A stretch of DNA of 64,000 nucleotides from Candidatus Dojkabacteria bacterium (GTDB taxonomy: Bacteria > Patescibacteriota > Dojkabacteria > B142 > JAFGFJ01), in the NCBI GenBank assembly GCA_016931155.1, contig JAFGFJ010000006.1, forward strand, positions 220,389 through 284,388. Reading direction: 5' to 3'. Below, piece by piece: positions 1-10,096 of the stretch. Position 1 is the first letter of the stretch; each line of letters starts with the position of its first letter. Position numbers and translations under genes: made by a program. The notes beneath the pieces were generated by a model. That model made no database searches, was not told where the DNA came from, and saw nothing but the letters and a program-made list of their open reading frames with translations.

Positions 1-449
1 CCAGTCCGGTTCTAGAAGATAGAGTACTTACTGCGGTAGAATTGTATAAAGCAGGGAAGGTAGAAAAGATAATTATGTCAGGTGACAATCGAACGCTTGA
101 TTATGATGAGCCGTCTGCAATGATTTCTCTAGCTATCCAGAATGGGGTAAAAGCTGAGGATCTCCAGCCTGATTATGCTGGGAGAAGAACTTATGACTCG
201 TGTTATAGGGCAAGAAATATATTCTCTCTTTCAGAGGTGATTGTGGTCACTCAAAAATTTCATCTTGACAGGGCGATGTACACCTGTGGGGCACTTGGTA
301 TAAAAACTTATGGAATGACTGCGGACAAGCGTGAGTACCTGGATCAGGAGTATGTTTATGTAAGAGACACATATGCTTTTTTATTAGCAATCTGGGATGT
401 CAATTTCCGCAGACCAGAGGTGGTTCTGGGAGACAAGATAGAAATATGA
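1..449 (+). CDS. SanA/YdcF (DUF218) family protein, 5'-truncated by window edge
   Basis: Frame open from the window start (SPVLEDRVLTAVELYKAGKV); motifs SGDN...YDEP, DYAGRRTYDSC, VTQKFHLDRA. Confidence 0.85.
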   Translation, partial: SPVLEDRVLTAVELYKAGKVEKIIMSGDNRTLDYDEPSAMISLAIQNGVKAEDLQPDYAGRRTYDSCYRARNIFSLSEVIVVTQKFHLDRAMYTCGALGIKTYGMTADKREYLDQEYVYVRDTYAFLLAIWDVNFRRPEVVLGDKIEI

Positions 450-629
450 GTTATTATACTATTAAGACGAAGGTTATTCTTGTTGTTTGATGAGTATATC
501 AGGTGCATGATGGTTGGAGTGGTTTGTAATAATGGGGATACTTCTGACTGTGGTTTAGTGATGGGGTTAATTTTATCGACAAGGCAATCAAATGAAGGAC
601 AATATTTCTCTTATCCTTTATAATGCAAT

Positions 630-2066
630 ATGTCTATATACGAACCAGTAATCGGTCTTGAGGTTCATCTTCAGACTAAGACAAAATCGAAAATGTTCTG
701 CGGTTGTTCCTCAAACTATTTTGGAAGTGAGCCGAATACCAGGACTTGTCCAGTCTGTTTGGGTTTGCCTGGAGCTCTTCCCGTACCAAATGAAAAAGCG
801 ATTGAACATACTCTCAAACTTGCTCTTGCACTCAATTGTTCTATTAACAAAAAGAGTAAATTTGACAGAAAGAATTATTTTTTCCATGACCTACCAAAGG
901 GCTATCAGATTTCGCAGTATGACCTTCCAATAGGTTACGATGGCTGGGTGGAAATTGAGGTCAGAGATGACAGCAAAAGGATCAGGATAAAAAGGGTTCA
1001 TCAGGAAGAAGATACAGCGAAGACAATTAATGAAGGGGAAAATTTGCTGATCGATTTTAACAAGTCAGGTGTACCTCTTACTGAAATAGTAACAAAGACC
1101 GATTTTGAATCGATTGAAGAAGTTATAAAATTTGCCAAAAGAATGAGGCAAATAGTTCGCTATCTTGATGTAAGCGATGCTGACATGGAAAAAGGCCAGA
1201 TGAGATTTGAACTGAATATGAGTTTGAGAAAACAAGGAGAGAAGCAATTGCCCTCATATAAAGTGGAAGTAAAAAATATTGGATCAATTAGTGTTCTCGA
1301 AAAAGTAATTATTAGGGAAGTAGAAAGACAGACAAAGATTTTGGACGAGGGAGAAATACCTGACCAGGAAACCAGAGGATTGAAAGACATGACTGGAGAG
1401 ACTGTGTCTCAGAGAGTGAAAGAAGACTCTGATGATTACAGATACTTTCCCGAGCCGGACATTCCACCACTTGAATTTAGTGATAATTATATTTCTGAAA
1501 TTAGAAAAACAATCCCTGAACTTCCTCACGAAAAGAAAATGAGATTTGAGGAAGAATATGGACTTGATGGGGGAATGGCTGAGGTACTGATCAGTACAAA
1601 GGACTTTGCTGATTGGTATGAGATGGCATCTGAAGGGAAAAAGAAAGAACAGGCGATTGATATTGCAAGCTGGATAATTGGAGACCTGAAAAAACTTATG
1701 ACGGCAAAAAAAGTCAGTTTGAAAAAATTGAAAATAAAACCTGTTCATATTTCGAAAATTTCAGAAATGGTCTCTTCCGGCATAATCTCAGGTACGACAG
1801 GTAAACAAATACTTGAAGAAAGCTTTGATACAGGAAAAGATCCTGAGATAATTGTAAAAGAAAGAAATCTCGGACAGATAGGCGATAAAGAGGAAATTGA
1901 GGAAGTAGCAAGTAGAATAATAGAGAAAAATCCGAAAGTTGTCAGTGATTATAAAAACAAAAATGAAAATGCGTTAAAATATCTTGTCGGGCAAGTTATG
2001 AGGGAGACGAAAGGAAGGGCAAACCCGAAATTAACAGAAGAAATTTTAAAAAGCATATTAGAGTAA
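630..2066 (+). CDS. gatB: Asp/Glu-tRNA amidotransferase subunit B
   Basis: VIGLEVHLQ, KMFC, CPVCLGLPGALP, FDRKNYF..DLPKGYQISQ, DYRYFPEPD, C-terminal Yqey-like domain. Confidence 0.97.
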   Translation: MSIYEPVIGLEVHLQTKTKSKMFCGCSSNYFGSEPNTRTCPVCLGLPGALPVPNEKAIEHTLKLALALNCSINKKSKFDRKNYFFHDLPKGYQISQYDLPIGYDGWVEIEVRDDSKRIRIKRVHQEEDTAKTINEGENLLIDFNKSGVPLTEIVTKTDFESIEEVIKFAKRMRQIVRYLDVSDADMEKGQMRFELNMSLRKQGEKQLPSYKVEVKNIGSISVLEKVIIREVERQTKILDEGEIPDQETRGLKDMTGETVSQRVKEDSDDYRYFPEPDIPPLEFSDNYISEIRKTIPELPHEKKMRFEEEYGLDGGMAEVLISTKDFADWYEMASEGKKKEQAIDIASWIIGDLKKLMTAKKVSLKKLKIKPVHISKISEMVSSGIISGTTGKQILEESFDTGKDPEIIVKERNLGQIGDKEEIEEVASRIIEKNPKVVSDYKNKNENALKYLVGQVMRETKGRANPKLTEEILKSILE

Positions 2067-2669
2067 ATGCATAAAAATTTTAGACTTCTTACTACAATAA
2101 CTTTATTAGTAATACTGTTAAGTATTATGATTATATGGCTTTTTTCTGGAAACTTGAGGCTAAAAGCTAAAGAACAGGAGACCATATCGGTGGGAGGAGA
2201 AACGACACTTTCTTTGAGTATAAAACAGCTTACTCAGGATCCGAAAACAAAAGAGATTCCCCTTGCCCTTTCTATTGTTTCAACAAAAGACTCAGACAGA
2301 GTACAGGTCACATGGGAAGTTCCAAAAGAAATGGAAATTATTGGAGAAAGTTCATTTTTTACAACAGTTAAAGTTGGTACTCCGAGAGTTATTCAGACAA
2401 ATTTCCTCGTTCATAGTGCAGGAAGATTTGAAGTAAAGGCAAAGGTTCAGATTTTTGGTGCAGATGTAAATTATGTAAGCTCAACAAGTTATACAGTTCC
2501 TGTCGGGAATACACTTGAAGTATTACCACTCAGTGATGAATATCTTGCAGCAAAGAGGAGTTATCAGACACAGGAAGTACTGAAGTATCTTGGAATTGGT
2601 TCAGTTATTTTGGCTGTGGTAGTGGTAGGGGGAATTGTATTTGTAAAATGGTTAAATGCTGAAGATTAA
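2067..2669 (+). CDS. Hypothetical membrane protein (N- and C-terminal TM helices, beta-rich middle)
   Basis: 200-aa ORF abutting gatB; hydrophobic termini. Confidence 0.7.
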   Translation: MHKNFRLLTTITLLVILLSIMIIWLFSGNLRLKAKEQETISVGGETTLSLSIKQLTQDPKTKEIPLALSIVSTKDSDRVQVTWEVPKEMEIIGESSFFTTVKVGTPRVIQTNFLVHSAGRFEVKAKVQIFGADVNYVSSTSYTVPVGNTLEVLPLSDEYLAAKRSYQTQEVLKYLGIGSVILAVVVVGGIVFVKWLNAED

Positions 2670-2685
2670 ATTATTAATATTTTTT

Positions 2686-3024
2686 ATGGCAATGGAAGTA
2701 AAACCAATAACAGAAGCAAAAGTGAAAACAAAAAAACAAACTGCTGCTGCAAAACAGCCTTTCGATGCAGTTGCTGAAGCGAAAGAAACTGCAACAACCA
2801 CCCTGAAACTTATTATTTCTTCTCTTACTCTTGTTGCAGGTCTTGCATGGAATCAGGTGATAAAAAAATTTGCTGAAGTATACATTGCGAGTTGGTTCAA
2901 AGACTTCGGTGAGCTTGTTGGACTTTTAATTTACGCTATTGTTTTGACTGTTGTAACAGTGCTTGTGATAGGAAGATTGAGGGTAGTAGACTCAAGAATC
3001 AAAGCTAAGAAAGAAGAGAAATGA
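2686..3024 (+). CDS. Small membrane protein, DUF5654-like
   Basis: LVAGLAWN motif, two TM segments; ATG at 2686 preferred over 2656. Confidence 0.7.
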   Translation: MAMEVKPITEAKVKTKKQTAAAKQPFDAVAEAKETATTTLKLIISSLTLVAGLAWNQVIKKFAEVYIASWFKDFGELVGLLIYAIVLTVVTVLVIGRLRVVDSRIKAKKEEK

Positions 3025-3515
3025 TCATACTTTCTTTTTCAAGTATTAAGGAAACAGAGGAGCTCGCTGGTCAGTTGGCTTCAAAACTCGATGGCGGGGA
3101 AGTGATATTTCTTGAAGGAGAATTGGGTGCAGGAAAAACACTTTTTGTTAAATTTCTGGCAAAACATCTTGGTGTAAGTGAAACAGTAAAAAGTCCTACT
3201 TTTGTATTGTTCCAGAAATATGAGGGCGAAAAGCTGGGCATTTATCATTTCGACCTTTACAGGCTGGAAGATCAGCTCAAGAAAAAATCCATTACTATGG
3301 AGGAGATAGGAATTAGTGAGGCTTTGAATGATACAAGCGGAGTCGTGGTAATAGAGTGGGCGGATCTCTTGGGGGAGAATGGTTGTGAGAGCAAGATAGG
3401 GTCTTATTTACAGATAAGATTTAACATAAAGGATTATCAGAAAAGAGAAGTTGAAATAATTGGCAAAGGTGAGAAATATATTGGTCTTATGGAGAGCCTG
3501 AAAAACAAATTGTAA
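3021..3515 (+). CDS. tsaE: tRNA threonylcarbamoyladenosine biosynthesis ATPase TsaE
   Basis: GELGAGKT, SPTF, HFDLYRL, IEW motifs. Confidence 0.96.
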   Translation: MIILSFSSIKETEELAGQLASKLDGGEVIFLEGELGAGKTLFVKFLAKHLGVSETVKSPTFVLFQKYEGEKLGIYHFDLYRLEDQLKKKSITMEEIGISEALNDTSGVVVIEWADLLGENGCESKIGSYLQIRFNIKDYQKREVEIIGKGEKYIGLMESLKNKL

Positions 3516-3525
3516 ATTATTTTTT

Positions 3526-4257
3526 ATGATCCTTAATATTAAATACTTGCTCGCAATACAAACAGCAGAGTTCCCCAATTCTGTAGCGCTTTTTAATGAG
3601 AAAGGAGGTCTTGTTGATGAAAGGGTTATTGAGGTGAAGGGAAAAAGTGAAAAACTTCTTGGTGAAATGACAAAGGATCTGATAAAAAAGAATGGAATCA
3701 CTTTTGATTCCATTCAGACTCTGGCAGTCTGTCTCGGACCGGGTTCTTACACCGGTCTTCGGGCGGGAGTCGCTTTTGCGAAAGGGCTTTGTCAATTTAG
3801 CGGAATAAGACTTGTCGGCGTTGATATTTTTGAGGCCTTTGACGAAAAGGGGATAAAAGACGGAATATTTTTACTTGATGCAAAGAACAGGAGGGTCTAT
3901 TACAAAATCGGTGACAAAATAAAAGTCAATAATATTGAAAAGGCCTTAGTTGACCTGGAGGTTTTGAATGAACCGAAGACGTTGGATGAAGCGAAGGCTT
4001 TGAATGAACCGAAGACCCTGGACGAACCGAAGGTAAACAAAACAAAACTCTTCGGGAACGGAGCGAAAGAAAACGAGAGTTTTATAGCTGGGAAGCTGGG
4101 AAAAGATATTGTCTCAAATATTTCTGATGAGAATCTGGTGAACGCAGAATTTATAGGTCGAGCGGCGTTGAAGAAGAAAAGACCTGATTCGGTTTTTGAG
4201 TTGAAACCCATATATGTTCAGGAGGCAAATATTACAATAAAAAATAATGCAGATTAA
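3526..4257 (+). CDS. tsaB: tRNA threonylcarbamoyladenosine biosynthesis protein TsaB
   Basis: GPGSYTGLRAG motif, LDAK, C-terminal LKPIY; follows tsaE. Confidence 0.93.
   Translation: MILNIKYLLAIQTAEFPNSVALFNEKGGLVDERVIEVKGKSEKLLGEMTKDLIKKNGITFDSIQTLAVCLGPGSYTGLRAGVAFAKGLCQFSGIRLVGVDIFEAFDEKGIKDGIFLLDAKNRRVYYKIGDKIKVNNIEKALVDLEVLNEPKTLDEAKALNEPKTLDEPKVNKTKLFGNGAKENESFIAGKLGKDIVSNISDENLVNAEFIGRAALKKKRPDSVFELKPIYVQEANITIKNNAD
3964..4035 (+). repeat. Four imperfect 18-bp tandem repeats inside tsaB (LNEPKT/LDEAKA/LNEPKT/LDEPKV)
   Basis: ttgaatgaaccgaagacg / ttggatgaagcgaaggct / ttgaatgaaccgaagacc / ctggacgaaccgaaggta. Confidence 0.85.
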
Positions 4258-5947
4258 TCTTGCTCCAGAAATTTCTTCAAATGTATCGAAGAATCTCTCG
4301 ATGTATCCAGAGATTATAAGGCAACTTTTGTTCAATAGAGGAATTGAGAATGAGCAAAGTGCAAAAGTATTTTTCGATCCAAAGAAAGAATTTGGTGATC
4401 CTTTTTTGCTTTACGGAATGGACAGGGCGGTAGAAGCTATTTTGAAAGCGGTCAGGGAAAAAAAGAAAATTTTTATTCACGGTGATTATGATGTCGATGG
4501 AGTTTGTGCAACTTCGCTGATCTGGGATTATCTTTATCGCGAACTAAAGGCTGATGTCCTTCCTTACATCCCCAGCCGTTTTGAGGAAGGTTATGGTATG
4601 ACAGATTCGAGCATTAACCAGATTGTGGAAAATGGTGGACAACTTATCATTTCTGTCGATTGCGGAGTGAAAGATATAGAGCTGGTGAGGAAATTTAAAA
4701 AGGGAAAAGGATTGGAATTCATTATTACAGATCATCATACCCTGCTTCAGGACAAGAAAGGCAATAGTGTTGTTTCAGAAGGAGCAATTGCAGTAATACA
4801 TCCGAGCCATCCAAAGAGTAAATATAAGTTTAAAGAGCTTTGCGGAACTGCAGTTGCCTGGAAATTGGTGTGTGCAATTTCGAGTAATCTTGGAAAAAGT
4901 GTTTTGAAAAATGATAAATATCTTGAGCTTGTTGCACTTGCGACATCCTGTGATGTTATGCCCCTTGTTGGAGAAAATAGAGCAATTGTAAAATTTGGGC
5001 TTGAAAAACTCAAAGATACAGATATTATAGGACTTAGAATTCTTATGCTTGAGGCAGGGATAGACCTTCAAAAAATTGAAGCATATCATTTAGGTTTTGT
5101 AATTGGACCAAGAATAAATGCGGCAGGAAGAATTGAACATGCAATGGATGCTCTCCGTCTGCTTACAACGACTGATACAGAGAAAGCAAGAGAATATGCG
5201 GAAAAACTCTCAAAATTGAATCTTAAAAGACAGGAGATAACTCAAGAGTTGATTGCCAAAGCTGAAGAGCAGATTCTCGCAAAAGGAAAAGAGAAAAAAT
5301 TGTATTTTGTGTGGGGCGTGGAATGGCCAGAAGGGGTAGTTGGTCTCGTTGCCGGAAAGCTTACCGAGAAATATAGCAGACCTGTGATTGTTGCTACAAA
5401 AAACAGAGAAGAAGTGAAAGGATCTGCCAGAAGTACAAGTGCTCTAAATATTGTGGAAGCAATAGGAAATTACTCCCATATTTTGGAAAGGTTTGGCGGG
5501 CACTCACAGGCTGCAGGATTTTCTTTGAAACCTGAGCATTTAGAATTATTTATTGAGAATCTTGAAAAATATGCGGAGGAGACTCTGACGGAAGAAGACG
5601 TGGCAGGTTCGGTAAATGTTGATATGAGCTTAGACCTTTCCGATATTACGATTGAACTTGCTGAGTGGCTTGAGAAGTTTAAGCCTTTCGGGTTTGAAAA
5701 TATTACTCCGTCATTTCTGCTGGAAAATGTCCGATTGGTTGAGAAGATGGAAGTTGGGAAGGATGGCGCTCATACACGAGCTGTAGTTGAGCAGGATGGC
5801 AAAAGGCTTGTCGGCATAGGTTTCTTTATGTCAGAGAAGTTTAAAAATATCGAAGTTGGAGATGAAATATCGCTTTGCAGTACCATTGAGCTGGATGAGT
5901 GGAATGAACAGAGAAGAGTGCAGATGAAGATTAAAAATATAGTATAA
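4247..5947 (+). CDS. recJ: ssDNA-specific exonuclease RecJ
   Basis: GDYDVDG, VDCG, TDHH, PRINAAGR, GSARS, GGH motifs. Confidence 0.96.
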   Translation: MQINLAPEISSNVSKNLSMYPEIIRQLLFNRGIENEQSAKVFFDPKKEFGDPFLLYGMDRAVEAILKAVREKKKIFIHGDYDVDGVCATSLIWDYLYRELKADVLPYIPSRFEEGYGMTDSSINQIVENGGQLIISVDCGVKDIELVRKFKKGKGLEFIITDHHTLLQDKKGNSVVSEGAIAVIHPSHPKSKYKFKELCGTAVAWKLVCAISSNLGKSVLKNDKYLELVALATSCDVMPLVGENRAIVKFGLEKLKDTDIIGLRILMLEAGIDLQKIEAYHLGFVIGPRINAAGRIEHAMDALRLLTTTDTEKAREYAEKLSKLNLKRQEITQELIAKAEEQILAKGKEKKLYFVWGVEWPEGVVGLVAGKLTEKYSRPVIVATKNREEVKGSARSTSALNIVEAIGNYSHILERFGGHSQAAGFSLKPEHLELFIENLEKYAEETLTEEDVAGSVNVDMSLDLSDITIELAEWLEKFKPFGFENITPSFLLENVRLVEKMEVGKDGAHTRAVVEQDGKRLVGIGFFMSEKFKNIEVGDEISLCSTIELDEWNEQRRVQMKIKNIV

Positions 5948-6000
5948 TGGAATAATTATGGTAGAATCAGTCAATTAACTTCGACTTATGGTCATACGGA

Positions 6001-6492
6001 GTGCCTATGAAATTTCTCCAGAAAAACGCTTACAATATATTTTTATTTATCATTCTACTTCTCAATGTAGTTCCCTGGCTTGCTCCGATTTTTCTACATT
6101 TCGGATGGCATGATCCAGCGAAAATAGTATATAGAATTTACTCCTTTTTTTGTCATCAAATAGCGTGGAGATCATTGCATGTCTACGATCATCAGTGCGC
6201 CTGGTGCACTCGTGATACAGCAATATGGGGTGCTTTTCTGCTGGTAGCATTACTTGTTAAGTTTAGAAAAACAAAGGGACTCAAATGGTACTGGATTATT
6301 CCATTTATTATTCCTATTGCTCTTGATGGGGGAATTCAAACAATTGCTACCGTTTTAGGTTATGAAAGTGAGGAGCCGTTTTATACAAGTACTAATTTTG
6401 TGAGAGCTACCACAGGTGCGATTTTTGGTATTGGACTTGGAATGACTCTTTTGCCGACTTTAAAAAATGACATGGAATATGAAGAAGCATAG
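6001..6492 (+). CDS. DUF2085-like membrane protein
   Basis: CHQ...RS, C.WC.RD motif, DG..Q, TM segments. Confidence 0.75.
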   Translation: MPMKFLQKNAYNIFLFIILLLNVVPWLAPIFLHFGWHDPAKIVYRIYSFFCHQIAWRSLHVYDHQCAWCTRDTAIWGAFLLVALLVKFRKTKGLKWYWIIPFIIPIALDGGIQTIATVLGYESEEPFYTSTNFVRATTGAIFGIGLGMTLLPTLKNDMEYEEA

Positions 6493-6751
6493 AGCAATTA
6501 AAAAACTTTTAGAAAATGATTGGACATGGGTCGTGATAATTTTTATTGTAACTATGATGGGTTACATCTTTCTGGTGCAAGTCTGGAAAAATACTTCGTC
6601 ACTTTATCCACCTGCGAATTCTTTGGATCATGAAATCAGACTTCCAGAAAATAGGGGGGACTGGCTTGTTCGTAGAGAGAATGGAGTATGCCCATTTGAT
6701 GCAGGAAAGTTCAATTTGAAAGATCCTTTCGCAGGTTTTCGAAATTGTTGA
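6467..6751 (+). CDS. Hypothetical single-TM protein
   Basis: 94-aa ORF overlapping the upstream gene end; one hydrophobic helix. Confidence 0.55.
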   Translation: MTWNMKKHRAIKKLLENDWTWVVIIFIVTMMGYIFLVQVWKNTSSLYPPANSLDHEIRLPENRGDWLVRRENGVCPFDAGKFNLKDPFAGFRNC

Positions 6752-6787
6752 TTTTTATATGAGGAGGAATTTTATTGTTTCTTTTTA

Positions 6788-6834
6788 GTATAATCGATCT
6801 TAAATCTACGGGCGAAGCCTGTAGAGTCTCAGTA
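6788..6834 (+). promoter_or_regulatory. 47-bp TATAAT + hairpin element (copy 1; copy 2 at 35564-35610)
   Basis: gTATAATcgatctt followed by stem TCTACGGGC-gaa-GCCTGTAGA; 38/47 identical to copy 2. Confidence 0.6.
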
Positions 6835-7044
6835 TAACCCGCGAGTTCACCAGAAATTTTTTGTCAACTATCAAACCAACCCGCCCCACGTCATACTATA
6901 ATCTAATGTCTATACCATAAGAAAATCATCTTCGGATGCAAATAAACACAAGCAAATTCAATAAATTCAAATAAACTCTCTTCTTTTTAGTGGAGGAATA
7001 GGGTATCTTGTATTTATTCTCTGATTAATTTTTATACTTCACTT

Positions 7045-9354
7045 ATGGCCACACCAGAAAAAATACCTGACCCAATAAAAAAATCCAAAAGTAAATCTGT
7101 TCTTCCCGCTGTATTATTAATTCTTGTGTTTTCAGCCGGACTTGTTTTTGCCATATATTACTTTTTCATTAAGGGTGAGGCAGAACAAAGTAGTATCTCA
7201 GACACACAGGAAACACCCGGGGTGTTGGATGTGAGTTATTTAAAGTTTGGGGATTATAATCTACCCGATATTGATGTAACTCCCAACGTAAAAAATTACG
7301 AAGTAAAGGAAGATTTGTCGAATGTTTTCTATAACAAAAAGGATGATCCGGCAGGAAATTATAAGGCGGTTTTAAACAAAGAGCTGACTTCGAATTTGAA
7401 AATTGAACTTGCTAGAGATAATTTCATTATTACTCCGGGGAAAAATAAAGAATTCTTCAGTGTTTATGAGCAAAACAGATATGACTTTGTGCCAAACTTT
7501 GTGACTACGGATGCGATTTTGCACACATATCATTTGATATTTGACTCCAGTTTAAAAAATTTGGAGGAAGAGTATCTGTATGAGAACTCAGTCAAACTTT
7601 CAGAGAATGCTGTCCAAAAGTCTTTAGAGCAGTACAACAGTTTTGATGCGGGAGAATTGAAGGACGCAGCAAGAAGAAATGTCGCTTTCTTTTCTGTGGG
7701 TGCAAAACTGTTGAATCCCGAATTTAAAATACCTGCCGAGGTTGCTACAGAAGTCAATAAAGAGCTTGAGATGATAACGGAGCATACCGAAACTGCAGAA
7801 ATTTCTGAGGTTATGGCAATAGGGTTCAGTAATCCGGATTTACTGAACAATCTAAAAGAGGATTACACGCAGTATATCCCGCGTGGTCACTATACAAAAT
7901 CCGAAGATCTTAAGAGATATTTCAATGGCATGATGTGGTTTGGAAGGATGACTTTCTTAACAAAAGATAAATCAACAACAATGTCTGCATTTTTGATTGT
8001 GGAGGGATTGAAAGACAATGAATCTGAATTCAAAATCTGGGAAAGCATCTTCTCTGTTGTAAATTTCTTTGTAGGGAAAGCGGATGATTTGACGTACTAT
8101 GAATATGAAAAGATTTATAAGGATAATCTTGGAGGAAGGAAAATATCAGAGGCAACTGCTGAAGATTTGGATAAGCTTTGGGAGGAAGCAAAAAAGCTTG
8201 AACCTCCTCAGATAAATTCTATCCCAATATTTGATGCAAGTATTCAACCGGACAGGGACAAAGAAATAAAAGGCTTCCGTTTTTTCGGACAGAGATTTAC
8301 TGTCGATGCGATGATATTTCAAAGACTTATGTATCGGGATGTTGAGGAAAAGGAAACCGGTGAGAGGAAAATGCTTCCCAGCTCAATTGAAATTCCAGCT
8401 GCAATGGGTGATGAAACAGCGAGGGATATTATTAAGAGTGATACTGATTTTTATACTTATCCGAATTATGAATCGCAATTGAAGAAATTGAATGAAAAGA
8501 TTGTTGCCTATCCTCAGGATCAGTGGACGCAAAATCTTTACTGGAGCTGGATGTACACATTAAATGGTTTTGTCGGATCGATAAATGAGGGTTATCCTCA
8601 GTTTATGAATTCAACTAAATGGGAAAAGAAAGAATTGAATACTTATGTAGGAAGCTGGACTGAGCTGAAGCACGATACCATCCTCTACAGCAAACAAGCT
8701 TATGCTGAGATGGGAGATGCAGGACCGGTGAGTGCTCCTGATGACCGGGGCTATGTTGAGCCAAATATTGATGTATGGGGAAGATTGCTAGCTCTAACCG
8801 GGATGACAAAGGACGGGTTGGAGAAGAGAGGTCTTGTTACACGTCTTCAGATAGATGAAGACAGCTATGGGACTTGCTCATATAACGATGACTATAAGAA
8901 AAGGATTTATTGTAGTCTCTCAGAAATGGAGTATGTTCTGGATAATCTGTTGAACATTTCGGTGAAGGAACTTGAAGAAACGGAATTGACAAATGAGGAA
9001 TATCATTTTATTAGGAATGTGGGAGGATTTTTGGAAGACATGTTTATGTCAACCCTTAATCCGTCTTCTGACAAGTGGACAGCAGTCACTGACAATCCTG
9101 CCATGCTTGTCGCGGACGTCGCCAGTGATTCAGGTGGTAGTGTGTTGGAGGAAGCAACTGGATACATCTACAACATCTATGTGATTGTTCCGGTGGATGG
9201 CAGTTTAAGAATTACAAAAGGAGGTGTGTACTCTCAGTATGAATTTGTACATCCGGCAAGTGACAGGCTTACTGATGAGAAATGGAGGGAAATACTTGAG
9301 GACGGCAAAGCTCCTGAAATGAAGAAATGGCAGAAATCATTAATAACTGAATAG
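7045..9354 (+). CDS. DUF3160 domain-containing membrane-anchored protein
   Basis: DYTQYIPRGHYT, GSWTELKHDTILY.KQ, GYVEP, RLTDEKW motifs; N-terminal TM. Confidence 0.85.
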   Translation: MATPEKIPDPIKKSKSKSVLPAVLLILVFSAGLVFAIYYFFIKGEAEQSSISDTQETPGVLDVSYLKFGDYNLPDIDVTPNVKNYEVKEDLSNVFYNKKDDPAGNYKAVLNKELTSNLKIELARDNFIITPGKNKEFFSVYEQNRYDFVPNFVTTDAILHTYHLIFDSSLKNLEEEYLYENSVKLSENAVQKSLEQYNSFDAGELKDAARRNVAFFSVGAKLLNPEFKIPAEVATEVNKELEMITEHTETAEISEVMAIGFSNPDLLNNLKEDYTQYIPRGHYTKSEDLKRYFNGMMWFGRMTFLTKDKSTTMSAFLIVEGLKDNESEFKIWESIFSVVNFFVGKADDLTYYEYEKIYKDNLGGRKISEATAEDLDKLWEEAKKLEPPQINSIPIFDASIQPDRDKEIKGFRFFGQRFTVDAMIFQRLMYRDVEEKETGERKMLPSSIEIPAAMGDETARDIIKSDTDFYTYPNYESQLKKLNEKIVAYPQDQWTQNLYWSWMYTLNGFVGSINEGYPQFMNSTKWEKKELNTYVGSWTELKHDTILYSKQAYAEMGDAGPVSAPDDRGYVEPNIDVWGRLLALTGMTKDGLEKRGLVTRLQIDEDSYGTCSYNDDYKKRIYCSLSEMEYVLDNLLNISVKELEETELTNEEYHFIRNVGGFLEDMFMSTLNPSSDKWTAVTDNPAMLVADVASDSGGSVLEEATGYIYNIYVIVPVDGSLRITKGGVYSQYEFVHPASDRLTDEKWREILEDGKAPEMKKWQKSLITE

Positions 9355-9428
9355 ATTGAACAGATAAATGAAAAAGTTGAATGAGGTTGCTGAAATGTCT
9401 GAATAATCTGAATAAATAGAACAGATAA

Positions 9429-10022
9429 ATGAGAAAGTGGCTGGTTCCGATAATCCTGATTACGATGATCGGTGTTTTGTCGTTTCTTGCCCTGTTCCTC
9501 CCAAAACTTACCGGGTCGCTTTTTGGCTCCTGGCCAAGTAAATCCCAGGTCTACGATTTCGACTCTGATGGTGTTGTAGAAAAAGTGATAATGGAGGCGG
9601 GTCGTTTATATGTTGAGTCGGAAGGGGTGAGAATATTTTCTTCGTCAAGTGAGCAGAAGGTAAATGATTTTGAGATTGGGGATATCAATAATGATGGCAA
9701 AGATGAGCTTTGTTTCGGTTTTTGGAGAGTTGGGGATTATGGCAAGAATAGACCTTACGCAAAAGCCAGAAGAGATCCACTAAAATCCTATCATTTGTAT
9801 CTTTATGAGTACCTTAAAGAGCAAAAAGTCTTCCACCTTTTGTGGGGATCCTCAACTTTGCCTGAGCCAATTTATGATATGGAAATAGTAAATAACGGGC
9901 AAGAAAATTTTCTCAAAGTCAGCGAGGGGACTTATGAAGATTATGATAGAGATGGTTTTATCAGGCCAGTAAAAACTACTGAGTGGGTTTGGAACGAATG
10001 GTGGTTTGAGGAGGCGGAATAG
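9429..10022 (+). CDS. Hypothetical exported protein with DxDxDG-type loops
   Basis: N-terminal TM; DFDSDG and GDINNDGKDE motifs. Confidence 0.7.
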   Translation: MRKWLVPIILITMIGVLSFLALFLPKLTGSLFGSWPSKSQVYDFDSDGVVEKVIMEAGRLYVESEGVRIFSSSSEQKVNDFEIGDINNDGKDELCFGFWRVGDYGKNRPYAKARRDPLKSYHLYLYEYLKEQKVFHLLWGSSTLPEPIYDMEIVNNGQENFLKVSEGTYEDYDRDGFIRPVKTTEWVWNEWWFEEAE

Positions 10023-10096
10023 TATACTAATCCTAAAATCGCTGATTATACTTATTATTATCTTGGATTAATATACAATTTGATTCATTTGTTTGA

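Noticed and set aside
9355-9434. Short repeats (GAACAGATAAATGA x2, ~9-bp periodicity) between DUF3160 and the next gene
   Set aside because: Low-complexity local duplication with no supportable function.
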